Origin: Malacoraja senta
Taxonomy: Eukaryota
Length of the DNA stretch: 64,000 nucleotides
Assembly: GCA_038087875.1 (NCBI GenBank)
Contig: CM075991.1
Location: 10,790,001-10,854,000 of the forward strand
Direction of reading: 5' to 3'
Shown: piece by piece, positions 49,636-60,545 of the stretch
Layout of the letters: the number at the start of each line of letters is the position of its first letter
How positions within the stretch are numbered: the first letter of the stretch is position 1
The notes under the pieces: generated by a model
The model's input: the letters and a program-made list of their open reading frames with translations, nothing else
Told to the model about the DNA's origin: nothing
The model's database searches: none
Position numbers and translations under genes: made by a program

Positions 49636-49925
49636 TCTAGTCTAGTCTAGTCTAGTCTAGAGATACAATGTGGAAACAAGCCCTTCGGCCCACCAAGTCT
49701 GCACCAACTAACAATCCCTGTGCACTAAGGACGATATACTGAAGCCAATTAACCTACAAACCCGCTGGTCTTTGGAATGTGTTAGGAGACCGGAGCACCC
49801 GGAGAAAACCCACACGATCACGGGGAGAACATGAAAACTCCATACAGGCAGCACCCGTAGTTATGACCAGACCCGGGTCTCTGGCGTTGTAAGGCGGCAA
49901 CTCTACCGCTGCGTCACCGCGCTGC
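49636..49925 (-). mobile_element. V-SINE
   Basis: (CTAGT)n tail, V-domain and head. Confidence 0.82.
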
Positions 49926-50275
49926 CACGCAGTCTTAACGGGGATATTAACAGCCCTGATTTGCACCCTGTTTCCATAACGATGTTCCTCACATAATCCA
50001 GCACAGATCACTTCCTGTGTCTGAATGTTAGAGATGTAAGATAGACACAAAATGCTGCAGTAACTCAGCGGGACAGGCAACATCTCCAGAGAGGAGGAAT
50101 GGGCCACGTTTCGGGTCGAGACCCTTCTTCAGACTGAATCTTTGTCTGCTTCGTCAGAAATGTAAACAGTCAGGAAGTCTTGAGCAGGTTGTAAGGCGAG
50201 ACAACATAATATGTCAACAGTAGCTAGCCTCAACAAAAATGGCTCCTACAGGCACATTAAACTGGAACCGGTGAT

Positions 50276-51110
50276 CCTACAGGGATGAGGTGGAGCAGCT
50301 GACAGGGTGGTGTGGAGAAAATAACCTGCTCCTCAACACCTCAAAGACCAAGGAGCTCATAATTGACTATAGGAAGAAGAAAACGGACATTACCCCACTA
50401 ACCATCGATGTGGACTGTGTGGAAAGGGTGGCGGATTTCCGCTTCCTGGGAATCCACATTGAGGAGGACCTGACTTGGAGCGTGAACACCTCTGCGCTGC
50501 TGAAAAAGGTCCAGCAGAGACTGTACTTCCTGAGGGTGCTCAGGAAGAACAACATCACCCAGAGACTGCTGCTGTCCTTTTATCGGTGCTCAATTGAGAG
50601 CATCTTAACATACTGTGTATGCGTGTGGTACACCAGCTGCACAGCGGCTAAGAGGAAAGCGCTCCAGAGGGCAATTGACAACGCCCAGAAGATTATCGGC
50701 TGCCCTCTCCTCACCTTGAAGGACCTACACAGTTCCCACTGTCTCAAAAAATCCAAGAAGATCATAAAGGACATTTTCCACCCCGGTCACTCCCTGTTTG
50801 TACTGCTGCCGTCAGGCAGACGGTACAGATCAATGAGGACAAGGACAAACAGACTCAAAAACAGTTTTTATCCCACAGCAATAAATACACTTAATGTAGC
50901 CACCAAATGAGTACAGGTGTGCTACACACCAAAGGGACTGGGAAATCGACAGAAGAATGTGTTTTTTTTCATGTTATTTATTTTAGTTGTTTATCTTAGA
51001 CTTTTGCTCTAAAAAAATGTGTGAATGTGTGCACTGGTTGGCATTTGTAATGTTGTTGTACATGTTTACATGTTATAATGACAATAAAGTATTCATTCAT
51101 TCATTCATTC
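50276..51110 (+). mobile_element. Rex1/Babar LINE RT C-terminal fragment
   Basis: ORF 50290-50910: WCGENNLLLNTSKTKELIIDYRK..FRFLGIHIEEDLTWSVNT..QRLYFLRVLRK; (ATTC)n tail. Confidence 0.95.
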
Positions 51111-51312
51111 ATATCAGCATTTAAAATGATGTTCGCACAAAGCTACCTTGCAGCACCAGTCATTAGCATGATAGAGACACAAGGAATTGCAGATGCTGCA
51201 ACCTTGCGCAGAATACAGAGTGCTGGAGTAACTCAGCGGGTCGGGCAGCATCTCTGGAGGACATGGATAGGCAATGGTTCAGGACACTTCTTCAACAGAT
51301 ATGTACACATGG

Positions 51313-51710
51313 TGTATAGGAAGGAACTGCAGATGCTGGTTTACACTGAAGATGGACACAAAATGCTGGAGTAACTCAGCGGGACAGGCAGCATCTCTGG
51401 AGAGAAGGAATGGGTCAGGGGAGAGGTAGACACAGAGACATGTAAGGGTAAGGTGTGAAAACGAGAGATTAAAGGGGACAAAGTTCAAGAAAAATGTAGA
51501 ATAGATCATTGTTAGCTATGGGGAAGGTGACAACGAGGCATACATAGATACAATTTAATCGGAAGGACAGTCAAACTGGTCAGAGAACTAGGATGGGGGA
51601 GGGATGGAGAAAGAGGGAAAGCAAGGGTTACTTGAAGTTGGAGAAGTCAATATTCATACCGCTGGGTTGTAAGTTGCCAAAGCAAAATGAGGTGCTGTTC
51701 CTCCAGTTTG
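51313..51710 (-). mobile_element. Penelope 3' fragment (GIY-YIG end plus terminal unit)
   Basis: AGTCAATATTCATACCGCTGGGTTGTAAGTTGCC..ATGAGGTGCTGTTCCTCC linked to the PLE terminal unit. Confidence 0.7.
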
Positions 51711-51913
51711 CTTTGAACAGCGACAGTGGGTAAACATAATTCTCTATAATAGGATCATAGAGTCATGGATTCATACAGCACTCTTTGAATCCTCAGTAAA
51801 GATTATGTAATTATCCTGAAATGCCTTTTCAAATGGACCTCCATCTTTAAGCCTGGCATGGGAAACTTGAATTAGATCAGAAGTTTGAACCTTGCACAAA
51901 CCATGGAGAGAGA

Positions 51914-52131
51914 TAATGTTTAAGAAGGAACTGCAGATGCTGGAAAAATCGAAGGTCGATAAAAATGCTGGAGAAACTCAGCGGGTGAGGCAGCATCTAT
52001 GGAACGAAGGAATAGGTGACATTTCGGATCGAGACCCTTCGTCTGAAGAAGGGTCTCAACCCGAAACATCACCTATTCCTTCGCTCCATAGATGCTGCCT
52101 CACCCGCTGAGTTTCTCCAGCATTTTTATCT
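51914..52131. mobile_element. Foldback Penelope hammerhead element with 14-bp TSD
   Basis: ACCATGGAGAGAGA at 51900-51913 and 52132-52145; core CTGAAGAAGGGTCTCAACCCGAAACATC at 52043-52070. Confidence 0.88.
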
Positions 52132-52267
52132 ACCATGGAGAGAGAATCTTAATTTCCCAGACATGGTCCTGGGGTTATGTTTTGCTTACTTAGTTGGAGG
52201 ATAGTTACGCCCAATCAGTTCCAACCAATTCACGACTTCAATGGCTCAGTGTCCAAATTCTCGACCT

Positions 52268-52715
52268 CCATGACTTTAATTTCAACCCATAAAACCATAA
52301 CTAGTCCTATCCCTTAATGATTCTTCAAGTTGTTTTATTGGTGTCGATTTTACGCTGGAATATATACCGTACTTAAAAAAAAAAAAACTCACAGAAACAA
52401 AGTTAGAAGATTTAGATAAGATTTATACCAAGAGCAGCAAAGTCAGATTAGAGCATCAAATCTTTCCGGATATCATATAAAAAAAATCTAGAAGCATCAT
52501 GAATTTAATGTCAATACTTTCAATGAAATCCATGACTAATACGATTCCCTAATGATATTTAACTTGGTTTATTGGTGTGTCTGCTTCATGCTGGAATATA
52601 TACCAGATATTTCAAAAACTCATAGAAACAAAGTTAGCTGATTTGTATCCATCAGATACAGCATATATCAATGGTGGCTGTCAGATTTAAGTCTCAAATG
52701 ACTTAGGATCTTAAG
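52268..52715. repeat. Diverged ~230-bp tandem duplication
   Basis: TTTATTGGTGT..GCTGGAATATATACC..AAAAACTCA.AGAAACAAAGTTAG occurs twice. Confidence 0.75.
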
Positions 52716-52804
52716 ATTAAAAATGCACTGAATTATTCGAGGGAGCAGAAGGAAACGATGCAGGTATGATGGTCATATTTAAGATGATTTTCGGATAGAC
52801 ACAT

Positions 52805-54130
52805 GGATATAGGAGCAGGGAGGTTCTACTGCAGTTGTACAGGGTCTTGGTGAGACCACACCTGGAGTATTGCGTACAGTTTTGGTCTCCTAATCTGAGG
52901 AAGGACATTCTTGCCATAGAGGGAGTACAGAGAAGGTTCACCAGACTGATTCCTGGGATGTCAGGACTTTCATATGAAGAAAGACTGGATAGACTCGGCT
53001 TGTACTCGCTAGAATTTAGAGGATTGAGGGGGAATCATATAAACTTACAAAATTCTTGAGTGGTTGGACAGGCTAGATCCAGGAAGATTGTTCCCGATGT
53101 TGGGGAAGTCCAGAACAAGGGGTCACAGTTTAAGGATAAAGGGGAAATCTTTTAGGACTGAGATGAGAAAAACATTTTTTACACAGAGAGTGGTGAATCT
53201 CTGGAATTCTCTGCCACAGAATGTAGTTGAGGCCAGTTCATTGGCTATATTTTAGAGGGAGTTAGATGTGGCCCTTGTGGCTAAATGGATCAGGGGGTAT
53301 GGAGAGAAAGCAGGTACAGGATACTGAGTTGGATGATCAGCCATGATCATATTGAATGGCGGTGCAGGCTCGAAGGGCCGAATGGCCTACTCCTGCACCT
53401 ATTTTCTATGTTTCTATGTTTCTATGCAGGGAATGGAGGTGTATGGATCAACAGATTCACCCAGAGAGTTGTGAATCTGTGGAATTCTCTTCCAAGGAAG
53501 GCAGTGGAGGCCAATTCAAACTCTTTGAATCACTTCCCTCTGGAAGGCGACTCAGGACTGTGAAAGCTGCCACGGCCAGACATAAAGACAACTTTATTTC
53601 CACGAGTAGTAGCTCTACTCAATAACCAAAAATCTGCAGCCTCATTTTGCTCTGGTATTTTATTTAATTCACATTTTTAACCAATAATGTTTTATTGTTA
53701 ATGTTTAATGTTTTATGTGTCATTCCTAACTGTCACTGTATATCATGTTGTCACTTGTGGGCGGAGCACCAAGGCAAATTCCTTGTATGTGAATACTTGG
53801 CCAATAAACTTATTCATTCATTCATTAATTTGTTCATTCATTCACTGGATATATTCAAGAGAGAGTAACTGTAGATACAGCTCTTCGGGCTAATAGACTC
53901 ATGGGATATGGGGAGAAAGCAGGAACGGGGTACTGATTCTGGATGATCAGCGATGATCATGTTGAATGGCGTTGCTGGCTCGAAGGGCCGAAGGGCCTAC
54001 TCCTGCACCTAATTTGTATGTTTCTATGGATCACTTGCAGGCAGAAGAGATTAGTTTAACTTGGCATCATATTCGGCCTGGACATTGTGGGCCGAAGGGC
54101 CTGCTCCTGTGCTGTACTGTTCTATGTTCT
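52805..54130 (+). mobile_element. CR1 fragments with a Rex1-type tail inserted (~53520-53843)
   Basis: YRSREVLLQLYRVLVRPHLEYCVQFWSP; Rex1-type LPSGRRLRTVKA and (ATTC)n tail. Confidence 0.85.
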
Positions 54131-54180
54131 ATGAAAAATGGTTAAAGTGGAAGTTCAAGAATAAAAGACTTCGATCTGCA

Positions 54181-54315
54181 AGGGTCTGAAGAAGGGTTCC
54201 AACACGAAACATCACCTATTCCTTTCCTCCAGAGATGCTGCCTGACTAGCTGAGTTACTCCAGCATTTTGTGTCGGTCTTCGATGTAAACCAGCATCTGC
54301 GGTTCCTTCCTACAC
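54181..54315 (+). mobile_element. Penelope terminal unit with hammerhead core
   Basis: AGGGT-CTGAAGA-AGGGTTCCAACAC-GAAAC-ATC-ACCT. Confidence 0.7.
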
Positions 54316-55038
54316 GCTTCAAGTTGCAGTTGGCTAACGGCATTCCAAATCGAGCTTTGCTTATAAACTCAGCTGCAGAAGTGAAAATCGTTCCTTCCCT
54401 CCTTGTAAATCCCTTTCATTGAAAACAATCCCTGAGGCCCCTTGACTCAGCTACTCCCAGCAGGTCTGTGAAATTGGGAGAGCGTTTGGACAATTGTGGC
54501 TGGCGCGCCTTCGTGAATGAACTAATTCACTGCAGGAACACCGAGTCCTGGCAACAAAATGAAACTCCTTGTTCCTTGATATCCTTGATCCAAGCTAATT
54601 TGGTCTGTAATGTCACCTCCGGCAGCTGAAATATCCATTACACACGTGTGAGGTACAATAACCTACCTACAGGCTTTAAAACAGAGATAACATCCCACCC
54701 CTTTAGTGTGTACTAATACTACTTTTATGTTGCTGCGCAGCGGATTAATATCACGGCAATTTTTTTCCTGAGATCATTCAACACAGCCGCATGAAATGAG
54801 GAACATTCTCTTCAAAAATGCATGACTTACAAAGCTCTGGAAAAAAGTGGAATTACTCAGAGGTGATTCCATGAAATAATAAGTGACTCTTGCTTTATAA
54901 ACATGGCCCTTTCATTTTTTTTATTAAATATTTACTGATTAGATTCTGCTTAGCATCATAGCACTAAGATTCACACATTTCTTGTTATCTGCATGCGTTT
55001 TTTTCAGGGTTAGAGCCACGAAGTAGTGTTTCCAAATT

Positions 55039-55452
55039 CATCATCGTCATCGGCGGTCACTCGAAACGAGTATGACTGTCCTCTCCATGTGGAGGACGCC
55101 TGTGCGTGACTTTGCTTAACGTGGGGAGACTGGTGCACAGACAGCCACCCCACGGTCCTTGACAGATCTGGGTCAGGATCCAGTGGCGTGGAGTCCAAGA
55201 CGACCGGAGACCCTTTTCTGCTGCAGCCTTCATCCGCCTTCCCAGCCGTTGTGACGCTCCACTAAGGTCAGCCATCCTCCTCCGCCTGTTCCACCGTTGA
55301 GGTCTTGGTTGGATTGCTCTTTGTCAGGGACCTCCCCCTCGACCATACCGCCAGGGGTGGCCCTACCAGGAGCATAGCTCCAGACGGCATCGCTCTCAGG
55401 ATCTCAGGACCACACAAGCTTCTCCACCACGACAAGGTGACAATCCACGAAG
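55039..55452 (-). mobile_element. Non-autonomous RTE-clade (Expander/Rex3-like) bipartite element
   Basis: The minus strand begins with an RTE-type 5' UTR (CACCTTGTCGTGGTGGAG..GGAGCTATGCTCCTGGTAGGG) and ends GACAGTCATACTCGTTTCGAGTGACCGCC(GAT)n; no RT ORF. Confidence 0.7.
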
Positions 55453-55681
55453 AATTAAAACCAATCCAACCCAACCATGTTAACAGTTAATAACCCACCC
55501 CTACCTCATTTTTTAAATTTAGTTGAGAGATACAGCACAGAAACAGGCCCTTCGGCCCACCGAGTCCATGCTGACCAGTGATCCCCGCACATTAACACCA
55601 TCCTATGCGCAGTAGGGACAATTTACACATACACCAAGCCAATTAGCCTACAAACCTGTACGTCTGTTAGTTACCCAAGCG

Positions 55682-56225
55682 GAACTTCTACAGGTGCACA
55701 GTAGAGAGCATGCTGACCGGTTGCATCGTGGCTTGGTTCGGCAACTTGAGCGCCCAGGAGAGGAAAAGACTACAAAAAGTAGTAAACACTGCCCAGTCCA
55801 TCATCGGCTCTGACCTCCCTTCCATCGAGGGGATCTATCGCAGTCGCTGCCTCAAAAAGGCTGGCAATATCATCAAGGACCCACACCATCCTGGCCACAC
55901 ACTCATCTCCCTGCTACCTTCAGGTAGAAGGTACAGGAGCCTGAAGACTGCAACGACCAGGTTCAGGAATAGCTACTTCCCCACAGCCATCAGGCTATTA
56001 AATTTGGCTCGGACAAAACTGAACATTAATAACCCATTATCTGTTATTTGCACTTTATCAGTTTATCTATTCTTGTGTGTATTTACGTATATAATGGTAT
56101 ATGGACACACTGATCTGTTTTGTAGTCAATGCCTACTATGTTCTGTTGTGCTGAAGCAAAGCAAGAATTTCATTGTCCTATCAGGGACACATGACAATAA
56201 ACTCTCTTGACTTGACTTGACTTGA
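55682..56225 (+). mobile_element. Rex1/Babar LINE 3' fragment
   Basis: Near-identical to 36190-36731. Confidence 0.92.
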
Positions 56226-56854
56226 AATTGAGATGTTTTTCCCCCAATTTGCACATGGCCGCACCGTTGAAAAGGCGAACGTTGAGGACAGAACAGTCAG
56301 TGTAAGAGTGGGCAGGAGAATTAAAATAACGCAACCAGAACCAGAGATTGGTAATGTGGACTGTTCTGTATCGGACGGCACCAATTACCAATAAAATGAT
56401 TCATTGTGACGGTGACTCTAAGCTGTGGCTGAATCTTTTGTCCAAAAACGTTTCCATTCTTTCCCGTTCTCTCTCCTTTCATCTTCTCGCCACAGAGTTG
56501 GTCACTTGATCATCTGTCCATGTTCTTTCCAGCAGTGGTGCCCCAAGTCCTTGAACCCACCTTCTCCCATGTCACACACCGTCCTTTACAAAGTGTGACT
56601 TCTGCCTATGGCCCTTGTAGGCACAAGGCAGGTGAGAAGGAACTGCAGATGCAGGTTTAAACTAAAAATTGACACAAAAAGCTGGAGCAACTCTTCTGCA
56701 AAGGTGTGCAGGGTGGCAACATCACTGGACTGGATTGTTCTGGTTTTTACACTGCCCTTTAATAATCCACCAACCTGAGAGTTTTGACCCATGGGTGTCT
56801 TGTGAACTAGGAGCCGGAACGACAATGGAAGAGTGGCATTTATTTCCCAAGTAA

Positions 56855-57397
56855 AGGGGCTGTCCCACTTGGGCAACCTAATTGGCGAGTTTAGAAGAGT
56901 TTGAAAAAATGACATGTTGAAGACCTCCTTCGACTATGTAGAAGACCTCCTTCGACCATGTTGAAGACCAGCTTCCACTAGCTACGACTAAATTCGGGAA
57001 AATTGGACACCGAATAGTGGAGAGTGAAGACGACCTCCTTCGATCTCCCTTCGACCTCCCTTCGACTATGATGAAGACTATCTACGACTACCTTTGACTA
57101 CCCTTGATTACCTACGACTAACATGCCGACCTACTACGACCTACTACGACTAAACCTACGAGTAAAAAAAGTATCAATTTTTTCCATGGCGACCTTTTTT
57201 TACTCGCGGGCATTTTTTAACATATTGAAAAAAACGCCGCGACCTAGCTGAGGCCTTGAGAACGCGGAGACCACTCTCGAGCATGAAGGAGAGTTACGAA
57301 GACCTCCTACGACCTCGTGTCGACCATGCTGCGAGTATGAGTCGAGGGTAAACTCGCCGGAACTCGCGGATTAGGTCGCCCAAGTGGGACAGCCCCT
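56855..57397. mobile_element. PIF/Harbinger-type MITE
   Basis: TIR AGGGGCTGTCCCACTTGGGC; TAA TSD; internal CGACTA / GACCTCCTTCGAC repeats. Confidence 0.9.
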
Positions 57398-57531
57398 TAA
57401 GCTGTTCATCACAAACACATGCTCCGAGACTCCTATAGTAAACTCTGGTTACTAGTTGACTTTGACCTTTAGGAGCCACTTGAACACTCTGTAGGCAGCT
57501 GAAAAGCACAAATATGGAGTCAAGAGATTAC

Positions 57532-57648
57532 CTGTGGCAGCAGAATGGCGGTCAGTATTCCCACGGTGGGGCCAATGTTGTCTTCAAACCACAAACTGAT
57601 GGCATCCACACAGCCTCGGGCATGGATGGTCGTGCCCACCTCAACACG
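57532..57648 (-). CDS. TSPAN15-like tetraspanin, penultimate coding exon (end of large extracellular loop, start of TM4)
   Basis: Acceptor ttatttcatacacag, donor CAG|gtaatc, 117 bp, phase 0-0. Encodes RVEVGTTIHARGCVDAISLWFEDNIGPTVGILTAILLPQ versus TSPAN15 IYVRGCTNAVIIWFMDNY..GILLPQ. Confidence 0.92.
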
Positions 57649-57735
57649 CTGTGTATGAAATAACAACAAACTCATCTTAGCATTCAACATGAGAATTCCT
57701 CTTAAATTGTTGCGGACTATTTTTGATCAGACTTA

Positions 57736-58114
57736 AGCCCCTGTCCCACTTAGGAGACCTAAACAGCAACCTCTGGTGACCTTGCCCGCCACCCAAGGTC
57801 ACCGGAGGTTTTGGTCACTCTCCCTAATGGTCGAAAGTGGTTTCCACGTGGTCGAGGCTTCATCTAGGTTGCTGCTATTTTTTCATCATGTTTAAAACCA
57901 GCCTCGACTAAAAATAGGTTGCCGTTTAAAAAATCTATCATTTTTTAGTCGCAGGTCTAGTCGAAGCCGGTTTTCTCCATAGTCGAGGAAGGTTTTCAAC
58001 ACATGCGTGGGAGGTGGTAGGAGGTTGCAGGTCACCTCGACCTTGATTTTTTTTTGAGTGGCGGGCAAGGTCACCAGATGTTGCTGATTAGGCCTCCTAA
58101 GTGGGACAGGGGCT
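57736..58114. mobile_element. PIF/Harbinger-type MITE
   Basis: About 60-bp TIRs starting AGCCCCTGTCCCACTTAGGAG; TTA TSD. Confidence 0.92.
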
Positions 58115-58447
58115 TTAGACACCAAATGCTGGAGTAACCCAGCGGGACAGGCAGCATCTCTGGAGAGAAGGAATGGGTGACGTTTCGGGTCGAGACCCTT
58201 CATCGGACTTTACTGAACCTTATCTTGCGCTAAATGTTATTCCCTTTATTCTGTATCTGTGCACTATGGACGGCTTGATTATAATCATGTATAGTCTTTC
58301 CTCTGACTGAATAGAATGTAACACTGTACCTCAATACACATGACAATAATGAACCAAACTAATATCTCATGCATGCAGATCTGCAAGTATATATACACAA
58401 TGTCAAACACACACATGGGACTATATCGAAAAATACACACCTACATG

Positions 58448-58940
58448 GTCATAGTGTGGAAACAGGCTCTTCGGCCCATCTTGTCCACACCGCCCAACAT
58501 GTCCCATCTACACTAGTTCCACCTACCTGCATTTAGCCCATTTCCCTCTAAACTCGTCCTATCCATGTACCTGTCCAAATGTTTCTTATACATTGCGATA
58601 CTACCTGCCTTAACTACCTCCTCCGGCTGCTCGTCCCATATGTGTGAAAAAATTACCTCGCAGGTTCTTATTAAATCTGTCCCCCCTCACCTTAAACTTA
58701 TGTCCTCTAGTTCTCAATTCCCCTTCTCTGGGCAAAAGACTGGGCATCCACCCAATCTATTCCTCTCATGATTTTATACACCTCTATAAGATCACCGGTG
58801 GACAAAAATGCTGGAGAAACTCAGCGGGTGCGGCAGCATCTATGGAGCGAAGGAAATAGGCAACGTTTCGGGCCGAAACCCTTCTTCAGACTCATGTCTC
58901 TATAAGATCACCCCTCACCCTACAGAGCTCCAAGGAATAG
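58448..58940 (-). mobile_element. CR1 3' end containing a ~100-bp PLE hammerhead insert (58797-58897)
   Basis: 15-bp TSD CTCTATAAGATCACC at 58782-58796 and 58898-58912. Confidence 0.88.
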
Positions 58941-59041
58941 GGATATTTATACGTATCATATCATTGGACATGGAAAAAAAAAATGTCAACGCAAACACCA
59001 ATAGATTGTTAATCAAGCCATGTCCCTAGATGGTTTAACTA

Positions 59042-59360
59042 GGTGGCATGCTGATGCAGCGGTAGAGTTGCTGTCTCACAGCGCTTGCAGCTCCAGAGAT
59101 CCGGGTTCGATCCTGACTACGGGTGCTGTCTGTACGGAGTTTGTACGTTCTCCCCGTGACTGTGCAGGTCTTCTCTGAGATCTTTGGTTTACTCCCACGC
59201 TCCAAAGACGTGCAGGTTTGTGGGCAAATTGGCTTGGTAAAAATGTAAAAATTGTCCCTAGTGTGTGTAGGATAATGTTAATATGCGGGGATCGCTGGTC
59301 GGCGCGGACCCGGTGGGCTGAAGGGCCTGTTTCCGTGTTGAATCTCTAAAATAAACTAAA
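59042..59360 (+). mobile_element. Full-length V-SINE
   Basis: Head, V-domain and tail. Confidence 0.9.
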
Positions 59361-59736
59361 TTGGATCCATGTTCTCCATCTCCTGTTTTGGACAGGAGGT
59401 TATTAACTTCTCTGAGGAGTCAGCAGTGGACATTGAGTCAAGGTTGCCAACCCAGGTTGCTGTTGAAATGTTTATTTTGCCTTATTCATTTAAACATTAG
59501 CATGCCTATTTGCAACTGCATGAAGCTGAAATATTAATTTGCCACAGTCCAGGTTAATTTGCTACACTCTGGAACATAAAGCTCAGATCACCCCGGACCT
59601 CAATCTCAGATAATTGCAGGTGCTGTGATCTGGAAAGCCATTCCCATCATATTTAGTTGGATTGCAATTCCCTGCGTGGCACTGAACCTTTGCTTATGAT
59701 CTGCCAAAGCTTTCTCGGGATTGGCACAGATTGCTG

Positions 59737-59930
59737 TAGTAACTCAGCGGGACAGGCAGCATCTCTGGAGTGAAGGAATAGGTGACGTTTCGGGTCGAGA
59801 CCCTTCTTCAGACTTGGAGTCGGGTCTCGATCCGAAACGTCACCTATTCCCTTTCCCCAGAGATGCTGCCTGTCCCACTGAGTTACTCCATCATTTTGTG
59901 TGTATCCTCGGTGTAATCAGTTCCTTTGTA
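59737..59930. mobile_element. Foldback Penelope hammerhead element
   Basis: Minus strand 59814-59781 reads AGT-CTGAAGA-AGGGTCTCGACCC-GAAAC-GTC-ACC; an inverted arm follows. Confidence 0.85.
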
Positions 59931-59992
59931 CATGTAATGCTTTTTTTTAGGACAGTTTCGGCTGTGGTGTTGTGCCACTGCAGTCAGTCAAG

Positions 59993-60545
59993 AAAGGTAC
60001 ACAAAAATGCTGGAGAAACTCAGCGGGTGCAGCAGCATCTATGGAGCGAAGGAAATAGGCAACGTTTCGGGCCGAAACCCTTCTTCAGACTGATAGGGGG
60101 TGGGGAGAAGAAAGGAAAAAAGGAAAAAGACGGAGGAGGAGCCTGAGGGCTGGGGGAGGGGAGGAGACAACCAGAGGGCTGATGAAGGGGAGGGGACAGC
60201 AAGGGCTAGCAGAATTGGGAGAATTCAATGTTCAAGCCCCCAGGATGTAGACTGCCCAAGCGGAATATGAGGTGCATTTCCTCCAATTTACGGTGTTGCT
60301 CGCTGTGGCCATGGAGGAGACCCAGGACAGAGAGGTCAGATACGGAATGGGAGGGGGAGTTGAAGTGCTGAGCCACCGGGAGGTCAAGTTGGTTATTGCG
60401 GACCGACCGGAGGTGTTCGGCGAAACGATCGCCAAGCCTCCGCTTGGTCTCACCGATGTAGATCAGCTGGCATCTAGAGCAGCGGATGCAATAGATGAGG
60501 TTGGAGGAGATGCAGGTGAACCTCTGTCGCACCTGGAACGACTTG
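59993..60545 (-). mobile_element. Penelope-like element 3' end: GIY-YIG endonuclease plus terminal hammerhead unit
   Basis: ORF 60206-60532: FTCISSNLIYCIRCSRCQLIYIGETKRRLGDRFAEH..PVAQHFN..RKLEEMHLIFRLGSLHPGGLN. Confidence 0.93.
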
